A model generated the notes under the pieces. It was not told the origin of the DNA and ran no database searches. It saw only the letters and a list, made by a program, of their open reading frames with translations. Below are positions 1 to 10,831 of a stretch of DNA of 33,644 bases, piece by piece. Origin of the DNA: Nemertoderma westbladi (lineage: Eukaryota; Animalia; Xenacoelomorpha). The stretch covers positions 1 through 33,644 of the forward strand of contig JAUCBJ010003919.1 of NCBI GenBank assembly GCA_032718475.1, read 5' to 3'. The number at the start of each line of letters is the position of its first letter. Positions within the stretch are counted from its first letter, which is position 1. The position numbers and the translations under genes are program-made.

Positions 1-608
1 ACATTTTTATACAAATCGTAATGAAATTGTTTCACCTCCCCACTCCCACTCCTTGCTGGGTGAGACGTTATTTTTATTTTTGCTTTCATTCTTTAGCTAC
101 AAGCGTTTGAAAAAAGTGTCTCCGGCGAAATTGCACCAGTTACACCGCAGTTATTCTTCACCCTTATGCTTATAGTGATTTTTTGGCACTATTAGAAAGC
201 TGGTTGTACATGGATTCCATATTATGTAACACATTCTAAACCTAATCGTAAAATAGCTGAGATATCAGCGTTTAAAACGTGCATGATTTTGCTTCAATAA
301 ACAACATATTCTGGAATATTTTGTTTATCCCATACGTAGCTTGGCAACAATGTAATACCTCTTTAATCATACTATTTATTACATAGCTACTCATGTATGA
401 CAAAATGTTCCAGAATATGTTGAATTAATTTAATATAATAAAATAGCCTCGCTCAAAATCATGCACGTTTTAAACGCTGATATCTCAGCTATTTTAAGAC
501 GAAATTGTTACATATTTGGAATCCTTGCACAACAAGCTTTCTAATAGTGCCAACAAATCACTATAAGGGTGAAGAATAAGACAAGACACTATATTCCAGA
601 ACATGGTG
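1..608. mobile_element. Foldback/MITE family A copy with a long internal palindrome
   Basis: 151-320 is an inverted repeat of about 400-579 (agctgagatatcagcgtttaaaacgtgcatgatttt versus aaaatcatgcacgttttaaacgctgatatctcagct); ends ctatattccagaacatggtg+TA. Confidence 0.8.
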
Positions 609-897
609 TAACCAAGTAGGATTAATTGAAATCTCAGTTTTTTTCTGAGTGAACGCAAATCCTATCTCGGCGAATTAATTTATCGTCTCAATGTTACATT
701 ATCAATTATGGGGAATGAACATCAATCTAACCAAAACAATAAACGAGAGTGTCAAAAGTACATGTTACATTTTCTCGATCTGTCATAGTTATTTGCCCTA
801 TCTGCCAAATTAATACTTCCTTCCCAACAATATAACACTTTTTTTCCCGATATAAATCGTATCTTTGTATTAACTTAAACTCATTTTTTTTCCCCAG

Positions 898-2858
898 CTA
901 TGATGCCCCCCATATACGGTCTCTACACATCCTTCTTTCCCGTCCTAATCTACACAATATTCGGGACTTCCCGCCATCTCTCTGTCGGCACCTTCGGCGT
1001 CATCAGCATCATGCTGGCATCCACCGTACAGAACTGCGTCATCACCACGGCAACCAGAACGCAACCAACAACCCAAGCCCCAAATATGGACAGCAGTCCA
1101 ATAACTAAAACCCATGAACTCATCACCACGGCAACCCCAGACATAATAAACAACAAACAGCTGATCATAGACGCTAATATAAACTTGTCGTTTATGGTGG
1201 GTGTTATTCTCGTTATTATGTCGTTATTTCGTCTCGGTTCCATAAGTAACTACATAGCCTATCCTTTGATACGAGGAATGACTTCAGCAGCTGGAGTTCT
1301 AGTGGTCAGCAGCCAATTACAACACTTACTGGGGCTGTCCACCGTATCCATGGCGACCCGAGCTGCCAACCAACCGCTATCCATATTCCTCCGCTACGCA
1401 GACCTGCTGACCCATATGCAAGACTGTAACCTAGCAACCGTAGCTATCTCCTGCGTCTCCATGGCTACCATACTGCTGCTTAAATTCGCGAACTCCTCAA
1501 TAAAACTACTGAAACGCTTCCCGTTGCCGGTCGAGTTGATTGTGGTGGCGGGCGGCTGTGTAGCGGTTTATGCGGGAGATTTAAATCGTCTTCACGATGT
1601 GGCGGTTATCGGAGATGTGCCTACAGGGCTACCAACTCCTGCACTCCCCCCGGTTCGGTACACCTTGGCTCTACTCAAGGATTCTATAATAATCGCCTTG
1701 GTTCTATTCACTCTAGGGATCTCGATGGGTCAACTCTACGCGAGGAAACACTCCTACTCAATCCTACCCAATCGTGAACTCTTCGCCTTCGGTCTGTTAA
1801 ACATTTTCGGTTCATTCTTTCTGTGTTTCACCTCGAGTCCTTCACTATCTCGGTCCAGTGTACAGGAAGACGCCGGGGGACGAACACAACTCGCCAGTCT
1901 CGTGTCCGCTTTCATTGTCCTCGCCGTGATCCTTTCCGTAGGGCCTTACCTCAAACACCTCCCCAAGGCGGTATTAGCCGCCATTATTACCTCGGCGATG
2001 AGGAAAGTTTTATCCCAATTCGCAGACTTACTTTACTACTGGAAGGTCAGCAAGGCAGACTTGCTCGTCTGGGTAGTCACCTGTGCCGCCATTCTCATCA
2101 CCAATATCCCCACAGGGCTGGTCGCCGGGATAATGGCGTCCTTAGCTACCCTGCATGTGAGTCAGCGCCCCGAGTGCAGAGTGCGACATCTAGCGGCCGA
2201 TCTAAGTATTGCGCACCACCCAGCGGCCGATAGCAGCAGCAAACACCTGGGATTAGATATAAACAATGTGCACCACCTAGACGGTGACAATAAGTATACA
2301 CGACCCCTACCGGTCGATGAGGAATCTACTATAGGCCACCAATCAGTAACTATCTTCCAAATGAAAGGTTTTCTCTATTTCGCAAACATAGATTATTTCA
2401 AAAATAAGTTAATCGAACTAATAGATATAAACCGTGCTGAGTTAGGATCCATGGTGTACGTTGGAACCAAATCCGAGTCCGACGGACACGTTCGAACCAA
2501 CTCCGACGGTGCGGAATCTAATGGCTACGTAAAACTCGCCACCTCAGAGAACAACAATGAAAACTCGCACATGCCCCCTAGCGGATTTACGCCGCGAAGA
2601 ATAGTCGTGGACTGCGCGGACTTCCATCACCTAGACAGTCCGTCGCTAGAGGCGCTACGAGACATTACCAAAGAGTTCAGGGATACGCCGCTGTATATCG
2701 TGTTAGCGAACTGTAACGCGGATACAATGCGAGGGTTGGCTCTAATCGGATTGGATGAGAGTCTAGTATACAGAAACCTGACGGACGCGTTGATTGGTTG
2801 TGAGTCACTGTTGGTGTCGTCCGATCATACCACCATAACCACACCTAGTGATGGTTGA
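898..2858 (+). CDS. SLC26: SLC26-family (prestin/SLC26A5-A6-like) anion transporter, large terminal exon covering most of the TM domain plus STAS
   Basis: Motifs PPIYGLYTSFFPVLIYTIFGTSRHLSVGTF, NRELFAFGLLNIFGSFF, SLSRSSVQEDAGGRTQLAS, LPKAVLAAII and STAS LYFAN...VVDC...LDS. The polypyrimidine acceptor ttttttttccccag ends at 897, so the ATG at 900 is internal and the N-terminus is outside the window. Stop TGA at 2856-2858. Confidence 0.95.
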
Positions 2859-3035
2859 ATTTGATTTGTGATTCAATATCTTGATTAATTCAGTTGTTGA
2901 ATTTGATTGGTGGTTCTATAGCTTGATTAATTAAGGGCTGAAAGTGTGTTTGTATTGAATGTAAATTGTTAAGTTTGTGGAGAGAAACCAGGCTGTCCGC
3001 CGGTTTAAAATTAAACGAAACTGAAAAAAGCTGAC

Positions 3036-3041
3036 AATAAA
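3036..3041 (+). promoter_or_regulatory. Candidate polyadenylation signal of the SLC26 gene
   Basis: First AATAAA after the stop, about 180 nt downstream; the AT-rich context makes this weak. Confidence 0.3.
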
Positions 3042-3846
3042 ACAGAAGCAAATTCATACCTGCCAAGTTTCATCTGGAACATATGCAATTATTGACCAAC
3101 CCCCTAACAGAGTCCGTTTGCTAATGCTTCGCCTACTACGTGTCTCGCCCCACAAGTAAACTGCCGTGTGTGTGGGTATTCTCCGTTTAGTTGGTCCTCA
3201 CGCTAAAACCGTTAAGCTAAATAAATATGTGTGTTTCAGAATGATAATATAACAACAAAATCTAATTGCATGAAACTTTTAGGAAATTTGCAAACAAACA
3301 AACTAATAATATACAAATAATATACAAATCTTTATCATTTTGCTTGAAATTTGAAACACAACTAGTTCAACTCACCGTCGATGCCCACATGAAGCCGGAA
3401 ATTCAGATTTTCCCTTTAATTTTTAAAAAAACGTTAAAAAAAACATTTGCGAATTTCCCTGTTTGTTACTCTGAAGAATTCATAATTATAATTATAATGG
3501 TTGTTGTTGTTGTTGTTATGATATTGGTATTTAAAGAATAAATATTAAAATGTTTTTATTTTTATTTTTAACTTACGAAACCGTAGGGGTTCTGTGGTTG
3601 AGTAATATCAGAGGAGCGAAGCGATCTGTGGTCGTATTCAACCGAGTTTCCTCAACTGAGTTACTTTGGCTTATAAATTAGCTATGGCAACCAGTTATCA
3701 TCGCCAACCGTAATTTACTTTATTCCAAAATTGTAACATTACTCAACGCCGTTAGTATTAACAGCGAGTTGTTATTTAGCACTTTACAACTTTAGAGGTC
3801 ATTACAGCATTGTATTGGCATTTACTTTTAGTGTTGTATTTGGTGT

Positions 3847-3937
3847 TATTGTTTACGTGGTAACCCATGACGGCGTTAAGTAATGTAGACTAAGGGGACA
3901 TTACTTAACGCCGTCATGGGTTACCACGTAAACAATA
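3847..3937. repeat. Perfect 40-bp inverted repeat with an 11-nt loop
   Basis: 3847-3886 is the exact reverse complement of 3898-3937. Confidence 0.92.
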
Positions 3938-4311
3938 TGTGGAAATTTACCTGACAGCCAGATAGGCCTACTGCATTACCTACCGGTAGGCGGGGTATAG
4001 CTATTAATAACCAGTAGGGCCTAGCTATATTATTATAACATGGCTCCAAACTCCACCATAAAAATAAGCTAACTTATATATAACATAATTTATGTCATTT
4101 TTACATTTATTTATACAGCAACTAATATAATTTGTGCAGTTTCTATGACTTATAATATATGTACAATCCTTTCGTAATGTTAAAATTTTGTAATAAAACT
4201 ACATTCATACTTGTTGCAAAGTACTTTACAGTGTTCTGATCCTCGTGGCTTTATTTTCACTCACTCATTAACGTTCTTTCGTGTAACAAAGCCACTCGGA
4301 TCATCACACTG

Positions 4312-4691
4312 TAAAGTGCTACTTTACACACAAGTATGTAATAAAGTGCTACTTTACACACAAGTATGTAATAAAGTGCTACTTTACACACAAGTATGTA
4401 ATAAAGTGCTACTTTACACACAAGTATGTAATAAAGTGCTACTTTACACACAAGTATGTAATAAAGTGCTACTTTACACACAAGTATGTAATAAAGTGCT
4501 ACTTTACACACAAGTATGTAATAAAGTGCTACCTTACACACAAGTATGTAATAAAGTGCTACTTTACACACAAGTATGTAATAAAGTGCTACTTTACATA
4601 CAAGTATGTAATAAAGTGCTACTTTACACACAAGTATATATAAATAGTGCTACTTTACACACAAGTATGTAATAAAGTGCTACTTTACATA
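4312..4691. repeat. 30-bp minisatellite (ataaagtgctactttacacacaagtatgta), about 13 copies; resumes at 6072-6120
   Basis: Exact 30-bp periodicity visible; the unit has an imperfect palindrome aaagt-gct-acttt. Confidence 0.97.
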
Positions 4692-6071
4692 CAGTCCCTA
4701 TCTCATTCTGAATATTATTTCTCAAACTGGGTATCATTTCTCAAACCTTTTACTAATGATAGTAAACGGAGAATTTCAGTAGGTAAGACTGGGGTAAGAG
4801 TTGAGAATTCAGAAAGATGCAGCCAGCTCAATCTAACTCAAACTAGAGTCTGGCGCCATGGTTTGAGTTAGGTTGACTTCCAACTGTGCCATACTCAGCA
4901 TTACTCTTCCTGTACGGGATGGATAATTACTCTGGTTGAGTGAGGCACCACACGGGGAAGGGGCCTCTGTCTGCTGCTTGGGCTCTTGAGTTAATGGGTT
5001 GAATTACATAAGCTGGGCAGGCCGGCTTGCTTGTGTCTCATAAAAGACATGTCAATCACGCAGTTCCTTTGTGGGCTTTACTAAATGTATGCAGTTAACT
5101 AAACCACACTGGCTCGGTCTGTTTGTAGAGAAAGTTTTAATTCTGGGAATATTGTTGTGGGAAATATTGGTGCTCTGCTGTCTGTCTGTTTGATGTCAAT
5201 TGGTGCCCCTTACACGACATATCAGTTTAAAAATCTAATGGTTAATTAAGAATTATTAGTGCATATGGGACATCGCAACACCCCCCCCCCCCCCCCCATC
5301 CCATAAATATGGCCCTGTCTATAATTACAGAGGTTTCCTCTGGCCCCTTTGCCCGGTATACCCAAACCCGGATGTATTGCGAATATTATTATTATGTAAA
5401 ATATTAAAGTTAAACATTAAAAACATTAGCGAAATATACGCGACATTAAAATAAATTTATAAAATTGGTTGGTTATATTATATGGTTATATTTTAATGTA
5501 AAATAACGTTAATATTTTATGAGTCATATATATATATATGTTTATTGACGTATTTTTTCCAAGAAATAATTTTACGGCACAGAATAACTAATTCAAATTG
5601 AAATTATACAGACCAACCATTTACAAACAAACAATTACGGCAATAAAAAATATCGTCCAGTTATTATGACTTCAAATACAAACAATTTATATATTAATTA
5701 TATTATTAATAAATATTCAGTTTAATAATTTAGCATAGAATTTTTTTATTCTGAAATTTAAAAATAAATTGAGTCACTGAGTCTGCAACTTAATTCTCAC
5801 TGTCTACTGGAGTTAATTACACACAAACAGATCAAGTTTAGGGAATGTTATAACAGCAGGAGACCATCAAACCCGTAGGCAGAGTATAACAGAAGCGAGT
5901 GGGCTATTAAACACAGACAGCTTGTTGTATGAATGCTACACAGTGCACAGTGGGTGGTTACGCGAGTTTGAGGTGGGTTTGAGTAAACCAGACAGGTTTG
6001 AGTTAGTAAGAGTGAGGTAAGAGAAAAGGTACCCAGTTTGAGAAACGGTATCTAGAATGAGATAGGGACTG
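4692..6071. mobile_element. Non-autonomous Tc1/mariner-type DNA element, 1380 bp
   Basis: Imperfect ~50-bp TIRs (CAGTCCCTATCTCATTCT...TTTCTCAAACTGGGTA versus TACCCAGTTTGAGAAA...AGAATGAGATAGGGACTG); TA target duplication at 4690-4691 and 6072-6073; removing it restores a satellite unit. No transposase ORF. Confidence 0.9.
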
Positions 6072-6120
6072 TACAAGTATGTAATAAAGTGCTACTTTAC
6101 ACACAAGTATATATAAATAG
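6072..6120. repeat. Distal remnant (about 1.5 units) of the 30-bp minisatellite split by the element
   Basis: tacaagtatgtaataaagtgctactttacacacaagtatatataaatag continues the register of 4312-4691. Confidence 0.9.
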
Positions 6121-6172
6121 TTATTACGATTTCTACACATTTTACATCGCGGATTGACCGACAGCTACTTAC

Positions 6173-6382
6173 CTTGCCGGCTTGAAAAACCTCGTTAAAC
6201 TGTTCCGCCTCTCCATTGGTTGTTCCCCAGCAACCACGGCTCGCTGAGCCGCCAACATAGCCTGATTGGCTCGATTCTGATTGGGTATGACCCCGTGGTC
6301 CACCTCCTGGTTATCACGATGACGGTCTAACTTCACTGCGGTCCACGCCCCTATCTTGTCGTTGTGCATGGTGTTCACAATT
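6173..6382 (-). CDS. TJP1: ZO-1-like exon: rest of SH3 and the U5 region; last exon identifiable with confidence
   Basis: ttttttacag|A IVNTMHNDKIGAWTAVKL...EVDHGVIPNQNRANQ...RFFKPA AG|GTAAGT; compare ZO-1 VVDTLYNGKLGSWLA...EVERGIIPNKNRAEQ. Ends in a consensus donor. Confidence 0.92.
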
Positions 6383-6544
6383 CTGTAAAAAAAATAAAAA
6401 AAAAAAATAAACTCACTCTGTTGCCACTAATATTATAATTATCGTCTATTTAATTGGGTCCAGTTAGAAATTCAAGAACACAGTAAAACTACAGGTTCTA
6501 AGTTCGCAGATACTATGCTATTTGTTAAACCCCAATTAAATCAT

Positions 6545-6845
6545 GACAATTCGCCCCCTAGCGGCAGACAGATGAACTGTAAAAGTATTTCTTTGTGTAG
6601 AATTTTTAATTAATCAATGCTCGTAGGTTACTACTACCAAAATCCAGATGAATCTGATTGTTGGTTCTATAATTACAGCTACTTTTACGTTTCTGTCAAT
6701 TCGCCCCCTAGCGGATGATAGACGAACTATAGAAGTCTGTTTGTGTGTGTAATTTCTAAGCTTTTGATACAAGCTTTTGACTACATGTGTACCAAGTTTG
6801 GTTCCATTTCATCCATGATTTATCGACTTATTAGCGTTCAAACAT
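6545..6845. repeat. Diverged 150-bp tandem duplication, probably a TE remnant
   Basis: tcgccccctagcgg occurs at 6551 and 6701 with similar downstream sequence. Confidence 0.6.
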
Positions 6846-6950
6846 TCCTGCCAAAACGAACTAATAATAACTGCAGGAACTCATCGAGCAGAGCTCCTCC
6901 AGTGATTCCTAGCTAATTACTGTAACGTTAAACTTTCATGATACACTAAC

Positions 6951-7165
6951 GTTATAACATCTCCTTCCTTTAGCGCCATCTCTTCGTCACTTTGGGGTCG
7001 GTAACTGAAGTGAGCCCGAACCGTAAAGTAATCCCCCGGGACGCGGGACAGCTGTAGGAAGCTATCGGGTCGGTAGATTACAATAAGTTCAACTCGAACA
7101 GAAACCTGCAGCAGACTGAGAACCGCTTCTTCACGGGTCATACCTTCGCCTGTTTTATCATTAAT
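6951..7165 (-). CDS. TJP1: ZO-1-like exon: end of PDZ3 and start of SH3
   Basis: ttacag|INDKTGEGMTREEAVLSLL...PGDYFTVRAHFSY...LKEGDVI AC|GTTAGT; REEAVL.LL and GD.F..R.HF.Y are ZO hallmarks. Confidence 0.92.
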
Positions 7166-7196
7166 CTGTAATATACAGTCGATTATTTAAACTAAT

Positions 7197-7449
7197 ACAC
7201 CACGGACATTCAGTGTGACAACTTAATGAGTTTCTATGAAATTTGAAACACAGATATTTGTATCTATCTCTTCCTTACTGGGTGATTCAGGATTGTTATT
7301 TTCGGGTTCAATCTTTAGATACAAGCGTTTAGTGTCTCCGTTGATATTGCAACAGTTACACCGCAGTTATTATTCAACCTTATAGGATTCCAAATATGTA
7401 ACATGCAACATTTTTATTCTAATTAACCTACACACTATATTCTGGAACA
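7197..7449. mobile_element. Deleted family A copy occupying most of the PDZ3 intron
   Basis: tacaagcgttt...gtgtctccg...ttgcaacagttacaccgcagttatt matches 98-156; cactatattctggaacat resembles the family terminus. Confidence 0.6.
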
Positions 7450-7452
7450 TAC

Positions 7453-7673
7453 CTGCAGCAGTTTGTCGCCGCACCGAATTCCTTTAACCCACGCGTCGCT
7501 TCCATCCTGAACCCCGCTAATAAATATCCCAGCAGAATTTCCACCACATAACTGGATCCCCAGACTCCCCTTCCCCTTAGAAACCTCCAACGCCCGAACC
7601 TTACCCTCCTCCGGCATAGCAGGTCGCATAGCAACCATGCTAGACAACGACATATTCCGTTGCCTCTGCCCAT
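7453..7673 (-). CDS. TJP1: ZO-1-like exon: first half of PDZ3
   Basis: gttttag|...KGKGSLGIQLCGGNSAGIFISGVQDGSDAWVKGIRCGDKLLQ|GTATGT; compare ZO-1 PDZ3 SVGLRLAGGNDVGIFVAGV...GDQIL. Confidence 0.9.
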
Positions 7674-8679
7674 CTAAAACAACAGATAAAACCTCAATAA
7701 TATTCAGTAGAATTCTATAATTTATTATTAGAATGTAAATAACAAAAAAGGGTTTAACAGCCTCAAACGGTAGCTCAATAAATCAGGAGCTTTTAAAAGA
7801 ACATATAGATGCGTTGGGTGAATGTATGTCCCACCGGAACAGGTTATTTACATTACTTTACTGAGAATTTACTGCATATTATGCACTGAGAATTTATGTC
7901 CCCTTAGTAATGTTTAAATGGGATCAGACTTTTCGGGATTTCCGGGATCCTGATTCTAATTTTGGATTAAATTCCTTTAAAGTTAATAGTATAGGTGGCG
8001 GGTTTTGGGTATCACTCACGTTATCTTATACTTCTGAAATATTAGTAAGATAAAGTTATATTAAAATTATCTTGAAATTGATTACGGGATTGTTTAATGT
8101 TTATTGACATAAAAATTCGATATAATGAAAGCACTTCCATTTTGCTGGATCTATTTATAAGAACATTCAACAAATTTACTTGACTATTTATACTTCGGGA
8201 TCCCGTTCCAAAAAAAGTCGCGATCGGGACCGGGATTGCATTTTTCGCATTTAGCATTTAGTGCGAATTTAGGTTCCCAAACCAATTATAGTTAGTAAGA
8301 TAAAACATTCGCTCAAACAATAATCCATAATAAATATTTATTGTTATCGCGATAAGATTCATCAACCTAATAGTATTTTATTAGTAAAAGGAACAATTGC
8401 ACTGGGGGTTGGTAAGAGAGGGGGGGGGGGTGAAATAATACAAAAAAAGAGGGTGAAATAATCCAAAAAAAGAGTTATGTATTTTTATGGGAGGGAAATA
8501 TTAATAATAAAATATGCAATTTAAATAATATTGTAATTTATGGGACCTATGTTCGAAACAACAATTATAGATGTCTTCTTGTGTTTATCACTTCCAGAAT
8601 TACCAATAATATTATTATTGGTCTTATTATAAGAATTGCTTAAAAGTAAGATAACGATTAGTTGTTAATAATAATTAAC

Positions 8680-8885
8680 CTTCTGATTCCTGTCTATTGT
8701 ACTCGTCCCGTCTGTGGTCTACTCTATCGCTTCGCTCGACCATGGGTTCGGGTTCTCGCTCAACCTTCCTCTGAACAACTTTCTCTTTAACCCGCTCCCG
8801 TCTGCTAGCTACCTGCTCAGCTCTAAATCTCATATCCCCCACTGAGTGGGACCGAGTCGCGTGTCGGAGAGTTTCTGTTCGAATT
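8680..8885 (-). CDS. TJP1: ZO-1-like exon: charged R/E-rich linker between PDZ2 and PDZ3
   Basis: Long pyrimidine tract then ttatag|A ATT CGA; ends GAA G|GTTAAT. Phase 2 in and phase 1 out exactly bridge the two neighbouring exons. Confidence 0.8.
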
Positions 8886-9519
8886 CTATAACGCAAAGTT
8901 TATAGGAGGTGAAGGTAGAACAGGGAGCAACAAAAGCAATGCTTCGACTATGATTGGAACCAGGGATCTCTCGTCAATGTGTGATTTTATCTATCAGCTG
9001 GAAAGGTTTGCTTTTAAATCGAATACATAGTTAATACATAAACAACAACATCTGTTACGTCACAAGTGCTGAACACTGAAACTGAAATGGCTATCTGAAA
9101 CTGAAACTATTTTTCAATTTTTTTAATCATTTAATATATCGAAGAAAAAAGCTAGAAAACATTTTCAACGTATTCCGATTAAAAAAATGAAATAAATTAT
9201 CAATAAAATAAAGGAAATTATCCGTCTACTCCAGTGGATTCCACTCCACTTCCCAAAATAGACTGGTTCTTGCTCTTATTGCGATGAAGGAAACCTCGTA
9301 ACTGAAATTCCAAAACGTCTCGTTCTGACAAACGTTTCGATTCCACAAACAACTGAGTTTCAAAAATATCACGCAGCATCCATGAAGAAACATTCAGAGA
9401 TCCCAATCTATACTTCTGGAACGCAATCGCCTTTAAAAACTGAAGCTGGACTCAGCCAATCAACTGGAATCGTCACGTAATTCATCACATTAGTCGTAAT
9501 TTTTTCATATCATTGGAAA

Positions 9520-10020
9520 TCTTGCTTTGCAAATATTCGAAATATGTAACAATATCTGGAATCCGTTGAGAAACAGCTGAGATATAGGCGTTCAAAGATT
9601 GCAAGAATTATTGTTCGCTCAAGGACATTTATTCTATTTAATAACATTTTGGAACATTTTGTTTAAGTATGAATAACTAAGCGATAGAGATATTGTATAG
9701 GAATACCGCTGTTGCCCATCTACTCAGAAAATATATAACACGTTCTAGAAGTTTGTGTATTTGTTAAATATAATAAATGGCGTTCAGCCATGGAATACTA
9801 AATATAGATTAAATAAAAATCTATATATTTATAATATATATCAATATATCTATAATATATATATATATATATTTATTTATATATATAAAGAAATATCTAT
9901 ATTTAGTATTCCATGGTTCAGCGAACAATACTTCTTGCAATCTTTGAACGGCTCTCAGCTGTTTCTCGACGAAATTCAGATATTGTTACATATGTGGAAT
10001 CCTTGCAACGCAAGCTTTCA
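9520..10020. mobile_element. Palindromic family A copy
   Basis: atatgtaacaatatctg...cagctgaga...cgttcaaagattgcaagaa is mirrored by ttcttgcaatctttgaacg...tctcagctg...cagatattgttacatat; AT-rich palindromic centre. Confidence 0.7.
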
Positions 10021-10070
10021 TATGTTTTCGTCTGATTATTTCATAACAATTAGTTTCAGTTTCTCCTTAC

Positions 10071-10198
10071 CTTCCGTCTGATTCTCTCATAATAGTTAGT
10101 TTCAGTTTGTCTTTAAACTTCATAAGGAGTTTTGTAGCGTCCTTAGCAGTAAGACCATCAACGTCTGTATCGTTTACTTTAAGTATAATATCGCCCTC
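10071..10198 (-). CDS. TJP1: ZO-1-like exon: second half of PDZ2 (not in the ORF track)
   Basis: ttttatttag|EGDIILKVNDTDVDGLTAKDATKLLMKFKDKLKLTIMRESDG AG|GTAAGG; phase 0 to 2. Confidence 0.9.
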
Positions 10199-10373
10199 CT
10201 AAATAAAAACGTAAATTAATTTGCGAATACAATTTTTTTAATAAATATTTGAAGAGACTTAAAACCGAAAATTAACGATAATATTACCTACTAATACTAA
10301 AAGAGCGATGCAATAAATTTTGTGATGCAAACAAACTGGATTTTACAACGTACCTAATATGAGTCGGCGGCTC

Positions 10374-10677
10374 CAGCCAATCACGGCTCACTAACCTGCA
10401 AGTAACCCTGAGCGCTGCCAATCACCAGTCACTAACCTATAAGTAACCCTGAGCTGCAGCCAATCACCTGCCACTAAACTGTAAGTAACCCTGAGCTGCA
10501 GCCAATCACCTGTCACTAACATTTTAAGTAACCCTGAGCTGCAGCCAATCACATGTCACTAACCTGTAAATCACCCTGAGCTGCAGCCAATCACCTGTCA
10601 CTAACATTTTAAGTAACCCTGAGCTGCAGCCAATCACATGTCACTAACCTGTAAATCACCCTGAGCTGCAGCCAATC
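10374..10677. repeat. 42-43-bp minisatellite, about 7 copies, overlapping the PDZ2a exon end and donor
   Basis: Unit cagccaatcacctgtcactaacctgtaagtaaccctgagctg; the rightmost copy is coding (LAAAQGDLQ). Confidence 0.92.
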
Positions 10678-10831
10678 CGTGATCGTCAATCTCTTCAATA
10701 TAAAGCCGATAGCCCAATCGGATACCGAAGTGTTGGTTCCGCTTCGATTTCTGCAGTGTTACAGTTGATAGTGTCGGCCATAATTCATTCTCATCTCCTG
10801 ACAACGATTCCTGGTCTTCGTCTCTGGTTGG
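10649..10831 (-). CDS. TJP1: ZO-1-like exon: first half of PDZ2 (not in the ORF track)
   Basis: ttacag|PTRDEDQESLSGDENELWPTLSTVTLQKSKRNQHFGIRLGYRLYIEEIDDHGLAAAQGDLQ|GTTAGT; matches ZO-1 PDZ2 (VTLVKSRKNEEYGLRLASHIFVKEI...LAARDGNIQ), including the very short beta2-beta3 link. Confidence 0.9.

Noticed and set aside
950-2233. Overlapping ORFs 950-1243 (-) and 1823-2233 (+)
   Set aside because: Shadow frames of the SLC26 exon with no recognisable motifs.
2841-2858. SLC26 C-terminal PDZ ligand for the neighbouring ZO protein
   Set aside because: The terminus is TPSDG, which lacks the hydrophobic last residue of canonical PDZ-binding motifs.
4257-4308. Terminal ZO exon SVMIRVALLHERTLMSE* followed by AATAAA
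   Set aside because: Phase-compatible, but the acceptor lies in the satellite/hairpin arm and the peptide has no ZO similarity; it cannot be supported without transcripts.
4211-4672. KVLLYTQVCN and CKVALYYILV ORFs
   Set aside because: Translations of the 30-bp minisatellite.
6551-6714. CTCF-like motif CCGCTAGGGGGCG (similar at about 2573 and 23458)
   Set aside because: It sits in a probable TE-derived duplication, the host taxon is unknown, and there is no binding evidence.
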